A DNA stretch of 42,194 nucleotides from a virus. Lineage: Duplodnaviria; Caudoviricetes. Made by a program: the position numbers and the translations under genes. The DNA is taken from IMG/VR virus record IMGVR_UViG_3300020045_002219, positions 1 to 42,194 of that record. One strand, written 5' to 3'. This document shows, piece after piece, positions 25,679 through 35,207 of the stretch. Each line of letters opens with the position of its first letter. Position 1 is the stretch's first letter. Under the pieces are notes generated by a model. The model made no database searches. It saw nothing but the letters and a program-made list of their open reading frames with translations, and was not told the origin of the DNA.

Positions 25679-27127
25679 ATGATTCAATTGTTCAATGAAC
25701 CAGCAACAGACCAACAGAAACAAATCGCTGCTGCAAAGATCCGAGCTATTAAGATTGGATTAGCAAGTCAAAAAGATATTCAGTTTGCTGATTTCTATTC
25801 TGGTTTGTTGTTCAATCTGGATTTAGTTATTGATGACTCTATTGGAACAATGGCAACAGATGGGAAGAAATTGTTTGTAGATCCTTGGTTTGTTTTGGGA
25901 ATTTCCGCAGAGTTAAAACAGAAAGCAACACAGGTCCTCAAAGAAGCTCTTGATTCTGGAAAGATTGATAAGAAACAATTTCAAAAGGAAATGAAACGTT
26001 TAACTTATCTTTATAGTCCAAAGAAAGAACAAGAGTTGACCTTTGTTTTGATGCACGAGTGTGGGCATATTATGCGTGATGCTTGGTCACGCAGTGAACA
26101 AATGGGATTGAAATCTAAACAAGAATTAGAGCTTTGGAACATGGCGCAGGATTATGTTATTAATCTTGATATTGCTGTGAGTTGTTTTAAGAGTGTTCAG
26201 AATGCTAAACAGACAATACCGATGTTGAAGTATCTTTGTTTAGATGAGAAGTTTCTAGGATTAACAACAGAACAAGTTTATTTGAAGTTGTTAGAAGAAG
26301 CAGAGAAGAAAGCCAAAAGTCGAGGATCTGGAAATGATAGTAATGGCAGTGGAGAAGGTTATGGTGAAGAATCAGATGAACCTTTAACATTAGATGAACA
26401 TCTTGGTGGTTCTCTTTCAGATGAAGAGAAAGAACGTTTGCAAGATATTGTTTCAAGCGCAGCTAAAGCAGCAGGCAAAGGAAATTGCCCTGATGAGATC
26501 TGGAAGAAAGTTGGTGAGTTAAAAGAATCCAAAATTAACTGGAAGGAACTATTAAGTGCTTTGTTTAGTTCACAGATTATTTCTGATTATAGTTATGCTT
26601 TACCAAACAAACGTTCATTATGGTTGACACAGTTTTGCCAATCAAAAGGTTTTATCGGTTCAGGAACAAGCATCATTTTACCAACAGAAAAAGTTGAAGG
26701 TCTTGTTAAAGCAGATATTTATAGCGATGTTTCTGGTTCTATTCCTAACTCGGTTAAGTTAAAATGTTTATCAGAGATTGTAGCTTTAACAGAAGCATTT
26801 GGTGATTTTGAGTTGACAGTTCAAACTTGGGCTTGTAGTATCTTTGATAAATCAAGAAAGAAATACGATTCTTCTAATAGCCAAGAAATATTAAGTTATC
26901 CTTTTATAGGAAATGGTGGAACCGATGTTTATTGTGTTTTAGACGATACAATGAATAAAGAAGAGGACAACAACCAAGATTCTTTTATTATCATCCTAAC
27001 AGATGGTTACTTTAGTCAGAATAAAGATGATAAATATCAAGAGCTTAGTGATAGAATCATTTGGATTGTTTTTGATAATCCTGATTTCAAGAGTCAGTTG
27101 GGAACAGTTTGTCATTATAAAGATTAA
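25679..27127 (+). CDS. HExxH metallopeptidase-like + vWA domain protein (DUF2201-like)
   Basis: TMATDG, HECGH, WNMAQDYVIN, LDEH; MIDAS DVSGS, GGTD, ILTDG. Confidence 0.88.
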   Translation: MIQLFNEPATDQQKQIAAAKIRAIKIGLASQKDIQFADFYSGLLFNLDLVIDDSIGTMATDGKKLFVDPWFVLGISAELKQKATQVLKEALDSGKIDKKQFQKEMKRLTYLYSPKKEQELTFVLMHECGHIMRDAWSRSEQMGLKSKQELELWNMAQDYVINLDIAVSCFKSVQNAKQTIPMLKYLCLDEKFLGLTTEQVYLKLLEEAEKKAKSRGSGNDSNGSGEGYGEESDEPLTLDEHLGGSLSDEEKERLQDIVSSAAKAAGKGNCPDEIWKKVGELKESKINWKELLSALFSSQIISDYSYALPNKRSLWLTQFCQSKGFIGSGTSIILPTEKVEGLVKADIYSDVSGSIPNSVKLKCLSEIVALTEAFGDFELTVQTWACSIFDKSRKKYDSSNSQEILSYPFIGNGGTDVYCVLDDTMNKEEDNNQDSFIIILTDGYFSQNKDDKYQELSDRIIWIVFDNPDFKSQLGTVCHYKD

Positions 27128-27145
27128 TTATTAGGAGCACACAGA

Positions 27146-27604
27146 ATGTTATTTCCAAAACCAAACACAGAACATACAATATCCGTTAACAATCTTATTG
27201 GACGGATTCTAAACCAATTTCCACGAATCAATCCAGCCTTGCTATGGTTGTATCCTTACTACAAATCTTGTGGCTCCTCTTACCGAGATTCAATGCTTCT
27301 GTTGGATGGAACTCTGTTGTTATTTCCCAACTGGTCAGATGAAGAGACTAAAAATTCAGAAACAGTTTGTATTAACCGAGAAAATTATAGATTCTTTAGT
27401 GATAAACAATACATTATGATTCAAAGCACAGATTACGATGGGGAATATCCAACACAAACGGAGTTTGGATGCTTTTGTTTGCAAAATAATATTGACATTA
27501 GTAAAGTTAAGCTCTATGATGAACTTGAAGTGAATAACCAACTCTTGATGTTTGCAAAATCAGTTGGAATTCCTGAAGATATCCTTGAATCTTGGAGGTT
27601 ATAA
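27146..27604 (+). CDS. Hypothetical protein
   Basis: AGGAG RBS, 152 aa. Confidence 0.6.
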   Translation: MLFPKPNTEHTISVNNLIGRILNQFPRINPALLWLYPYYKSCGSSYRDSMLLLDGTLLLFPNWSDEETKNSETVCINRENYRFFSDKQYIMIQSTDYDGEYPTQTEFGCFCLQNNIDISKVKLYDELEVNNQLLMFAKSVGIPEDILESWRL

Positions 27605-27910
27605 ATGGACAATAAATCTAAATCATTGATTTTAAAACAATTTAAAGAAAATGGTGCAAATGCACATTTTGAGTTGTTCCCTTATTATTACAAAATTGAT
27701 AATTATGTTACAAATTACATGAAATCTATTTTCCCAAATATCACTGCTGTTTTTGTAGTAAACGAAGAGATGTTCAATAATCGTTCAAAATTTGTATATG
27801 TTGACAAAGAAAAAGGTTTAACTTTAGGCGATACAAATGTTATAGTAATAACAGACTCTGGGAATGTTGTCAAAATGGTTGCTAGTGAACACTTTATATT
27901 GACTAAGTAA
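27605..27910 (+). CDS. Hypothetical protein
   Basis: GGAGG RBS, abuts previous stop. Confidence 0.6.
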   Translation: MDNKSKSLILKQFKENGANAHFELFPYYYKIDNYVTNYMKSIFPNITAVFVVNEEMFNNRSKFVYVDKEKGLTLGDTNVIVITDSGNVVKMVASEHFILTK

Positions 27911-27920
27911 GGACCAACAA

Positions 27921-28175
27921 ATGATTAAAGAACTAAAACCTACATTTAAACTTTCTATTACTGAACTTAACGTTTGTTTTGATAACTGGATTAAAAATCA
28001 TGAAGAATACGTAAACAACAATTATCGTTGTGGACAGCATGTTTGTAATTGGTTTAAACTAAGCAGAATGGAAGGAGACAACAAGAAATTTGAAGAACTT
28101 CTGTGGGAGACTAAAGATCTGATTGGTGTTTTAGAAGCTCTTGAATATTACGACGTTATTGATTATAACAATTGA
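27921..28175 (+). CDS. Hypothetical protein
   Basis: AAGGA RBS, 84 aa. Confidence 0.6.
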   Translation: MIKELKPTFKLSITELNVCFDNWIKNHEEYVNNNYRCGQHVCNWFKLSRMEGDNKKFEELLWETKDLIGVLEALEYYDVIDYNN

Positions 28176-28244
28176 CAGATTTGACAATATCACAATTTGT
28201 GTGTTAAACGAAATGTTCTATTAATTACTTAAGGATTTTATATT

Positions 28245-28865
28245 ATGAATCATAAATCTCTAACATATACATTAGAACATCGTCTACGATTGAATAGAAA
28301 GCTCTCTAATGGCTCTATTTTCAATTCTTTAACCTTAGCAATAAGTTTGCTTGGGTTGTGTGCTCCAAATCAATCAGGTGCTTCCACAAGAGCTAAAACA
28401 CAGGCTAATAAATACAAAGAACATGTTGTTTCTCAGTGTTCTAAGAAAACACCAACAAAAGAGTTGTTAGCTTGTGTTCTGTATAAAGAATCTATTGGTG
28501 ATAAAGATCGTTATGGGATGAATGCAGTTATCGGGCCAGCGTTTGTTCTTATCAACAGGTCTAAGCAATCAGGTGAGACACTTAAAGAAGTTATTTTTAA
28601 AGATGGTGCAATTTCAAGCATGAATCATAAAGTGAATAAGATAGTTGTTCGCAATCCTATTGATGAAGCTGCATGGAAAACCTCTTTGTCAATGGCAAAA
28701 CAACTTCTTAAAGTCTCTAAATATCCAGAGGGTGTTTATTCATGGGTAGATCCTACTCGTGGTGCTACTTATTACTATCATAAATCAATCAGACCTGTTT
28801 GGTCAAAGGAGATGAAGTTAACAGCACGTTTAGGCTCACATATCTATCGTTATGGTGTCTACTAG
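28245..28865 (+). CDS. SleB-like cell wall hydrolase (Hydrolase_2 type)
   Basis: LACVLYKES (catalytic Glu position), V.INR, DPTRGATYYY, P.WS....L..R.GSH.Y. Confidence 0.82.
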   Translation: MNHKSLTYTLEHRLRLNRKLSNGSIFNSLTLAISLLGLCAPNQSGASTRAKTQANKYKEHVVSQCSKKTPTKELLACVLYKESIGDKDRYGMNAVIGPAFVLINRSKQSGETLKEVIFKDGAISSMNHKVNKIVVRNPIDEAAWKTSLSMAKQLLKVSKYPEGVYSWVDPTRGATYYYHKSIRPVWSKEMKLTARLGSHIYRYGVY

Positions 28866-29027
28866 AGTTATAGAGAATACAAACTGGTTTGCAGATTGCA
28901 AAAAGTATATTGTCAAAATAAAAATTAATTGCAAAATGCACTTAAAATACTCAGATGTGCTTGACACCTTAAATTGAGAATGTCATATTAATTCAGTCTT
29001 AACAACAATATAATGAGGGATTATAAA

Positions 29028-29360
29028 ATGCACGACTCAATGAATTCAAACCCAGAACCTTTTCATACACAACAAACCCTATCATCTCCAGTTGCTTCCA
29101 TCATCTCTCCCCTAGCTCCTATTGGGACGTATCAACGCCATAATCAAATCAATATTCAACAAGCCGAATCTGCCTTTCATCAATCACAGAACATTGTGGT
29201 TGTTTGGTTCTTTTATAATCAAGAACAAGAATTAGATGCTAAAACTTTAGTCTTTGGTCATGATAATTTTGTTTGGCAGGATGTTAGAAAGGTTCTTTCT
29301 TGTCTTCAAGACTATGAACTGTTCTTAGAAAAACCTTTAGATTCAATCAGTTATCATTAA
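29028..29360 (+). CDS. Hypothetical protein
   Basis: GAGGGA RBS; promoter TTGACA(28961)-17-CATATT. Confidence 0.55.
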   Translation: MHDSMNSNPEPFHTQQTLSSPVASIISPLAPIGTYQRHNQINIQQAESAFHQSQNIVVVWFFYNQEQELDAKTLVFGHDNFVWQDVRKVLSCLQDYELFLEKPLDSISYH

Positions 29361-29521
29361 CTGTGTGTTTGTTATAAGTTTGTTATTAAAAGTTCATTTA
29401 TTTTAGTCTTTTAACTTGACAGGATGTTTAGGGTTGGCTAATATTATATCAAAGGAAGAGAGTTGTTCGTAGTAACAAGGTCTTCTGATTAGTCAAAACA
29501 ACTTACTCAGAGGTAAATATC

Positions 29522-30094
29522 ATGACTAAATCTAATATGAAAAATGTAGCTAATGCAGTTGTTGCTACACAAGAAACTTCAAATAATAATATGGTTAATG
29601 TTCTTGAATCTCTGATTTCATCGTTAAGTGCAGAACAGAAACAGATGTTCATAACCCATATGGTAGAAGCAGACAAAGATTTAGCTAAAACAGTTTCTGG
29701 ATTAGTGACAGAAGGACAAGTTAAGAACGTCAAAGATTCTAAAACGCAACCAGTCAGAGTCAAACAACCAGAACTTGATAAGCAATTAGTTCAGAAGGTT
29801 CTGACAACACAAACTCGATTGGTTAAGAAAGAAGCTCGGAGACAATTAGTTTCTCGTGTCTTGTCTAAATTATATCAAGATAGATTGTTCACAACAGCAG
29901 AGCTGAAAGAAACATTAGCACCTGTTATTGAATCAGAATGGGGAGATATTGATCCTGTGGCTGAAATCAATAATTTGTTACCAGAAATAGGATGTGAAGT
30001 TGTCGCCAAAGAGGCACGAATAGGGAGAGGTCGTTTACATAATGTATGGAGTGTCACAGCTCCGAAGTCAGAAGTTAAATTAGAAATGAATTGA
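29522..30094 (+). CDS. Hypothetical protein, possible C-terminal winged HTH
   Basis: GAGGT RBS; FTTAEL...GRGRLHNVWSV wing-like motif; own promoter (29416-29444) and terminator. Confidence 0.55.
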   Translation: MTKSNMKNVANAVVATQETSNNNMVNVLESLISSLSAEQKQMFITHMVEADKDLAKTVSGLVTEGQVKNVKDSKTQPVRVKQPELDKQLVQKVLTTQTRLVKKEARRQLVSRVLSKLYQDRLFTTAELKETLAPVIESEWGDIDPVAEINNLLPEIGCEVVAKEARIGRGRLHNVWSVTAPKSEVKLEMN

Positions 30095-30103
30095 TTAACA
30101 TAC

Positions 30104-30130
30104 AGCCAGCTTAACTGCTGGCTTTGTTTT
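30104..30130 (+). terminator. Intrinsic terminator
   Basis: AGCCAGC-ttaact-GCTGGCT followed by TTGTTTT. Confidence 0.7.
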
Positions 30131-30155
30131 ATCCGCAATCCAAGCGAGGTGCAAA

Positions 30156-30428
30156 ATGATTAAATATGCAATTATAGGTTCGTTACTTTTGATTAATTTA
30201 ACTGGTTGTTATGAGAATAAAATCAATAATAATTCAATTAATTCTAGGGTTCTTGAACGTTCTATGGAAGCACAAGCTGAGGCATTTGCTTCTTTTCATG
30301 AAACATTGACGTTGACCGAAAGCATGATGATTGAACAATGTAACAAAGATCAGAAAATATGTCATGAACTAGCAAAAGATTCAGAAGTTCTTGTAAAAGC
30401 GCTTGACGTTGCTGTTGTCAGGTTGTAA
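30156..30428 (+). CDS. Putative lipoprotein
   Basis: Signal peptide ending LTGC. Confidence 0.65.
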   Translation: MIKYAIIGSLLLINLTGCYENKINNNSINSRVLERSMEAQAEAFASFHETLTLTESMMIEQCNKDQKICHELAKDSEVLVKALDVAVVRL

Positions 30429-30461
30429 GCTTGGTTCATTAAACAAAGAGGAGATATTAAA

Positions 30462-30920
30462 ATGAGTATTGATTCAAAACTGTTTGTATGTTTAGGTAAA
30501 GAACACCTGTTTGAAGTTGTTACTAAGGTTCAATCTGCAATCAAGGATTATTTTATATGTGAATTGGATAAAGTGAAGGGTGACGATTCACGTATGGCTT
30601 ACATTCTAAAATCAAAAGAGACAGAGAATCCTTGGTATTGGGTGCGAGGTGAATTTTCAGATTTGCAGGTTATTTGTTTAAATTTTGGAATAGGGGAAGC
30701 AAGATCATTACATATTTTTCCAGATTGCTCGTGTGACAATTCCGAGATTTATCAAGGAGATAAAATTATCTTTTCATTAGGCTGTTGGGGAAAACACAAA
30801 GAAATTATGGAAATTTTAATTGGTACATTAACAGAATTATCTGACGTCTATTATGATTTTAATGATTGTGACAATGAAGATTTTGTGTTGTATCCGAAAA
30901 AGGTCAGTAATCATGAATAA
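30462..30920 (+). CDS. Hypothetical protein
   Basis: GAGGAG RBS; promoter TTGACG(30403)-17-TAAGCT. Confidence 0.65.
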   Translation: MSIDSKLFVCLGKEHLFEVVTKVQSAIKDYFICELDKVKGDDSRMAYILKSKETENPWYWVRGEFSDLQVICLNFGIGEARSLHIFPDCSCDNSEIYQGDKIIFSLGCWGKHKEIMEILIGTLTELSDVYYDFNDCDNEDFVLYPKKVSNHE

Positions 30921-31362
30921 ACAAGTTATCATTAACCAATCAGATTTAGACAAACTAGAAGAAGCTCGTTGTGCTTTGTTTGATTTTCTGGAAGAGAAAG
31001 GTCTGACTGAAGATGTGATGGATTTAGTTAAAATAACAAATATTACACAACATATATGGAGCTTAGCTAATAAGAAACATGAAATTTATGTTCCAACAAA
31101 AGCATATAAGTGTAAAGTCTTCAGAAAAGGAGTAAACAGTGGTGCCACAAAACCAGCAGGATACCTAATAACACTATCCAGACTCAAAGGGTCTAAATTC
31201 AGCCGAAAAGACAATGGTTATCTTTCGGTTGGTTATAGTGCTATGTTGGGAGAGAGTTACAAATCTTATGCAGATTTAGAATGGGAAGAAATTTATATTA
31301 CACATACTGAAATAAAAGATTTAGAGGTACGAGAATCAAAAACAAAATGGAGAGAAGAATAA
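30913..31362 (+). CDS. Hypothetical protein (start 30913)
   Basis: Overlaps previous stop; 149 aa. Confidence 0.55.
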   Translation: MNKQVIINQSDLDKLEEARCALFDFLEEKGLTEDVMDLVKITNITQHIWSLANKKHEIYVPTKAYKCKVFRKGVNSGATKPAGYLITLSRLKGSKFSRKDNGYLSVGYSAMLGESYKSYADLEWEEIYITHTEIKDLEVRESKTKWREE

Positions 31363-31805
31363 TGTGTAAAGAATACAATGAACATATGCGACAATATAAA
31401 AGTGATTTCTGGTGTATCAAACATCAAGACGGAATTCACAGTTTAGTTAACCACAATCTGTATATGTTGGTTCGAAAAGAAGATTCGAATTACCAGAGCA
31501 AAGAACTAATTCATATCAATGGTTTCAATGAACAATGTTTACTTTACCAAGTTGTTTGTATCAATAGTTCAACAGGTAAGATTAATAACCGTCTTAAAAC
31601 TTTAGAAGAACTTAGTGTTGAGATTTCTAAGGTTACAAAAGCAGATGGTGAAATTATGTTTTCTTTTGAACCTAAAGACTTGACAGTAGTTTGTGGTGTG
31701 TTTAAGATTAAAAAGAAGATTAAATCTAAGATGACAGAAGAACAACGACAAATTGCTAGAGAACGATTTAACGAAGTTAGAAAACATAAGGATTTAATCC
31801 CATAA
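31362..31805 (+). CDS. Hypothetical protein (start 31362)
   Basis: TAATG coupling; basic C-terminus MTEEQRQIARERF. Confidence 0.6.
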   Translation: MCKEYNEHMRQYKSDFWCIKHQDGIHSLVNHNLYMLVRKEDSNYQSKELIHINGFNEQCLLYQVVCINSSTGKINNRLKTLEELSVEISKVTKADGEIMFSFEPKDLTVVCGVFKIKKKIKSKMTEEQRQIARERFNEVRKHKDLIP

Positions 31806-31808
31806 ACA

Positions 31809-31900
31809 GCACCTATTTTCAATTCTTTGATAGTAGGTAATACAAGGGTAGCGGGTATATAGTAGGATTCAAAATAAGGGCTTAGGATAGTTCTAAAACA
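31809..31900. repeat. Dispersed dyad element, copy A
   Basis: CTATTTTCAATTCTT (31813-27) also at 28315-29 and, inverted, at 37047-61; TAGGTAATAC shared with 37018. Confidence 0.6.
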
Positions 31901-31914
31901 CAGGAGTAAACAAT

Positions 31915-32211
31915 ATGATTAAGATTGCACGATACAACCACGAACAGAAACGATTTGAGATTGAATCTACAGGTTGTGAAGATATGGATGCTCTAGTTGA
32001 CTCAGGACATGAAGCTCTGCATACACGAGCACGGATCAATTTGTTTGATGATTCAAAATACACACCAAAAGAAGCTATTGAAGATTTGTTCATGGAGTAT
32101 ACTGTTAATTTACAAAATCAAATAGACCTATTAAAGAGACAACAATTAGAGTATATTGAGGCTCGTGATATGTATTTAAATATAGAAAAGATCAAGAGGA
32201 TTTTACGATGA
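31915..32211 (+). CDS. Hypothetical protein
   Basis: AGGAG RBS. Confidence 0.6.
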   Translation: MIKIARYNHEQKRFEIESTGCEDMDALVDSGHEALHTRARINLFDDSKYTPKEAIEDLFMEYTVNLQNQIDLLKRQQLEYIEARDMYLNIEKIKRILR

Positions 32212-32444
32212 GCAGTATGAAGGGTGTTAATCCCGATTATAGTTATTCTGAAGAGTTTATGAGCGATACTATTAAAACGGGGTTTTATAAGGTTATGGAG
32301 GATTATGTGGATACACTTGTTGAAAAAGGTTATAATATTCACTTAGTATCTTCTGAACTCCATTCCGAAGTCAGTTCAGTTATTGCAATGAAAATACTGA
32401 AAACACGGTTAGAATATCATGAGGTATTGAAGAATGAAAATTGA
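32208..32444 (+). CDS. Hypothetical protein
   Basis: ATGA overlap, GAGG RBS. Confidence 0.6.
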   Translation: MSSMKGVNPDYSYSEEFMSDTIKTGFYKVMEDYVDTLVEKGYNIHLVSSELHSEVSSVIAMKILKTRLEYHEVLKNEN

Positions 32445-32604
32445 AATAGAGGTTACCTGTTGTAAAGATTGTCCCTATAAACGTAATGGACAAGATCATG
32501 GAGCGACATTTGTATATTGTGCTAAGAAACCTCACTATTTAAACGATGAATTATTAACTGTGATTGATCAGGATTGCCCGTTCAAAGAAGAGGCAAACAA
32601 ATGA
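32434..32604 (+). CDS. Small Cys-rich, probably Zn-binding protein (not in ORF track)
   Basis: MKIEIEVTCCKDCPY...YC...DCPF, 56 aa; GAGG RBS; ATGA overlap with next gene. Confidence 0.65.
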   Translation: MKIEIEVTCCKDCPYKRNGQDHGATFVYCAKKPHYLNDELLTVIDQDCPFKEEANK

Positions 32605-32921
32605 AACGACTCTTTAAAGACAACGGAGAACTAGGTTTAGATCCTAATCTTCATATTGATGCTAACAACCAAATCAAAGACTTGTTTGAACGGTTTACAG
32701 AATCAGGTTATTGTTACAAAGATTTTAAGTTAGTCTTGTTGATGTTAGCAGATAATTGTGAAGCTGAATTTGAGTATAATATGAGATATCAAAATAAAGA
32801 TAATAAACTACTCGGATTCGGTGTTTCTCGTGCCAATGACAAAGGCGAAGACACAAAAGTGCTTGCAAAAGACATTGCAGAGTGTCATATTAAACCAAGC
32901 CAACCTTGGCCCAGAAAGTAA
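32601..32921 (+). CDS. Hypothetical protein (start 32601)
   Basis: GAGG RBS; contains promoter TTGCAA(32863)-17-CATATT. Confidence 0.55.
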   Translation: MKRLFKDNGELGLDPNLHIDANNQIKDLFERFTESGYCYKDFKLVLLMLADNCEAEFEYNMRYQNKDNKLLGFGVSRANDKGEDTKVLAKDIAECHIKPSQPWPRK

Positions 32922-32950
32922 ACAAATTATTCAAAACAAAGGAGTTTATT

Positions 32951-33163
32951 ATGCGCTGTGTTATTGATGGGGATAACTTGTCTACAAATGATGTTGTAGA
33001 ACTATTTAAATCCAAAAAGAATTTTTCAGTATGTTACTCTGTGGAAAACATAAGCAAACGAAATGCCCACGCCAAAGCATTACGGGAAGAAGAAATTCTA
33101 TTTTATTCAAGTTATAATATTTTAGGCGATTTGTTAATTAATTATACGGATCATCCGGTGTAA
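32951..33163 (+). CDS. Hypothetical protein (start 32951)
   Basis: AAGGAG RBS. Confidence 0.55.
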   Translation: MRCVIDGDNLSTNDVVELFKSKKNFSVCYSVENISKRNAHAKALREEEILFYSSYNILGDLLINYTDHPV

Positions 33164-33178
33164 TAAAGGAGAAACAAA

Positions 33179-33586
33179 ATGAGTTTAGTTTGGGTTATCT
33201 ATTTGATTGATGTTATCTGTCAACCTTGGAGTGGACTAATTTTCTTAACGTTTATTTTCACACTTTGTTGTGCAGGACTAACATTCGGGGGTTGTTTTAC
33301 AACAGATAAACAGTCATTATGTGATTCAGATGAAATATTTCGATTGTTTCTACGGAAACCTGTTTGGAAGAAGTTAATGATCTTTGGAATCTCAATCTTA
33401 TTCTTGAGCAACTTTATTCCAGAACGAGACACTGCTTACAAGATGCTTGCAGCTTATGGTGTTGAAGAAGCTATCAAACTTCCTCAAGTTCAAGGTGTTG
33501 CTGATAAATCTTTACAAGTTTTGAATAAAGCAATGGATGATTATCTTAAAGAGTCTGATAAGAAAGAAGAAAAGACAAAAGAATAG
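33179..33586 (+). CDS. Two-TM membrane protein
   Basis: AAGGAG RBS; WVIYLIDV...FIP.RDTAYKMLAAYG. Confidence 0.65.
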   Translation: MSLVWVIYLIDVICQPWSGLIFLTFIFTLCCAGLTFGGCFTTDKQSLCDSDEIFRLFLRKPVWKKLMIFGISILFLSNFIPERDTAYKMLAAYGVEEAIKLPQVQGVADKSLQVLNKAMDDYLKESDKKEEKTKE

Positions 33587-33598
33587 TGTTGGTTAGTG

Positions 33599-33627
33599 TT
33601 GACAACTAAATAATTTTATGGTATGAT
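33599..33627 (+). promoter_or_regulatory. sigma70-type promoter with extended -10
   Basis: TTGACA-17-TATGAT. Confidence 0.7.
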
Positions 33628-33737
33628 ATACTTAATACGAATTACATTTTAATAAAGGAGTAATTGCAGCGGGACTTCGCTGTGATTATTTAGTTTAAAT
33701 AATCAGTCGCCATATTGCGACCAAGGAGTAACAACAT

Positions 33738-34046
33738 ATGTATAACCCAATGTCTTTAGGTGAGTTTATTTCATTTGCTTACCTACAACCATTAGAATTG
33801 ACACTAGATAAGTTTGCACAACGATGTGAAACTAATCAAGCAAGTATTAGTCGTCTTATGAACAACAAGCAAGATTTGACCATTGACATGGCATGTAAGT
33901 TAGAAAAAGGGACAGGTCGTTCAGCACAATCTTGGATGAATGTATGGGTAGCTTATAAAGCGCATGAAGCCTATCTTGCAGGTAAATCTTCTGGTAAACC
34001 TGTTGTTACACAAGATCAGGAAGACTACCAAAACGGAGAGTCGTAG
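33738..34046 (+). CDS. HigA/VapI-like Xre HTH antitoxin-family protein
   Basis: GEFI...YLQPL.LT...FA...QASISRLMN.K..LT.DMA.KL....G.SAQSWMN....Y matches the HigA antidote pattern. Confidence 0.78.
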   Translation: MYNPMSLGEFISFAYLQPLELTLDKFAQRCETNQASISRLMNNKQDLTIDMACKLEKGTGRSAQSWMNVWVAYKAHEAYLAGKSSGKPVVTQDQEDYQNGES

Positions 34047-34081
34047 GTTAATTTTACAATTATAATATTAAGGAGTTATTT

Positions 34082-34759
34082 TTGAGTATTTATGATGAAC
34101 CTATAATGAGAGCTGATGCTGTTGTTTATAGAAATAATAAAGGTGAACAAAAATCTGAGCAATTACTTCCAACAACAAAATACTTTTTAGCTTTTCTATT
34201 AGAATATGCTGAAGAGGAGGCTGATATAGATGGTTACTTTAGTATATCTCAAGATGATATTAGTTATTATTGTGGTATTGCAGAATCCTCAGTTAAAAGA
34301 GCAATACGAGTATTAGAGGCTACGGGTCTTATATCTGTTATCAGAAAAACTGGTATTGATCGTAAAAGTAATATGTATAAAATTAATGATTTTTACAATT
34401 TGAAAGACGTTAATCTAGTGCGTAATGGATCGGTTATACTCGGAGATTGGTATAGTGATGTTACTTTGACAGGTAAGGAAAAACAACTTTATGTAATACA
34501 AAACGATGAGGGTCTTTTTAAAATTGGCATATCTAGTAATGTAGAGTCTCGCAGAACTATTATTGAAACCGCGTCAGGTAGACCTGCTTCTATCTTAAAA
34601 ACTTATACTGTTAAAGATGCACCAGTCTGTGAGAGGTATTTACACGATTACTTTTCAGAAACAAAACAACCAATTAATGAATGGTTCTATAAAGTCGACA
34701 TTGAATTTATAACCAACTATATTGAAAGCAAAGGTGGTGTTTGTAATCAAATCAATTAG
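34082..34759 (+). CDS. Winged-HTH fused to T5orf172/GIY-YIG-like domain
   Basis: SQDDISYYCGIAESSVKRAIRVLEATGLI..KSNMY; LYVI...FKIGIS...ER.LH..F...EWF. Confidence 0.78.
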   Translation: MSIYDEPIMRADAVVYRNNKGEQKSEQLLPTTKYFLAFLLEYAEEEADIDGYFSISQDDISYYCGIAESSVKRAIRVLEATGLISVIRKTGIDRKSNMYKINDFYNLKDVNLVRNGSVILGDWYSDVTLTGKEKQLYVIQNDEGLFKIGISSNVESRRTIIETASGRPASILKTYTVKDAPVCERYLHDYFSETKQPINEWFYKVDIEFITNYIESKGGVCNQIN

Positions 34760-34779
34760 TAAGACTAAATAAAAACCAC

Positions 34780-34886
34780 CTATTGACATTATGACCTCAG
34801 TCTATGAACTTTTTGTCTGTAGGTTCTATTGACTTATTGTCACAATAATAAGACTGATATTAATAATACTGAAATAATAAGAATGA
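34780..34886 (+). repeat. Iteron-like 16-mers plus AT-rich 12-mers (candidate origin)
   Basis: CTATTGACATTATGAC, CTATGAACTTTTTGTC, CTATTGACTTATTGTC, then TAATAAGACTGA, TAATAATACTGA, TAATAAGAATGA. Confidence 0.65.
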
Positions 34887-35057
34887 TCTTAAAGAGCTAA
34901 GAGATTGGAATTTTATTTTAATATTAAATGATCATTGATTATAGGTGTCTGATTGATGAGCTGTGCGATTCAATCTTGTTTATAATTATGTGTGGAGTTG
35001 AGGCTTAAGCCCAAGTAAGACTCAACCTCTATTGACAAAATGTTCACAGGAGAAACA

Positions 35058-35177
35058 ATGGAACTTTTAATTCCTAAACACATACTGGAATGGCTTGATA
35101 GTAAACGCGGCAACTTGAGTCGACAAGCTTACATCATCAACTGCTTACGAAAATTGAAGGAAATAGAAGAGATTTAA
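35058..35177 (+). CDS. CopG-like ribbon-helix-helix protein (not in ORF track)
   Basis: AGGAG RBS; MELLIPKHILEWLDSKRGNLSRQAYIINCLRKLKEIEEI, 39 aa. Confidence 0.65.
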   Translation: MELLIPKHILEWLDSKRGNLSRQAYIINCLRKLKEIEEI

Positions 35178-35207
35178 TTATAACCACCAGAACTCTAGGA
35201 CTAACAC

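Noticed and set aside
28245-28865. Endolysin of a lysis cassette
   Set aside because: SleB-like hydrolase sits among middle genes without an adjacent holin or spanin pair; a lysis role is not supported here
33666-33721. tRNA gene
   Set aside because: Three hairpins but no closing acceptor stem, T-loop GTTC motif or CCA end
34780-34886. CRISPR or mini-CRISPR array
   Set aside because: Repeats are 12-16 bp, degenerate, with 2-8 bp gaps; no cas genes
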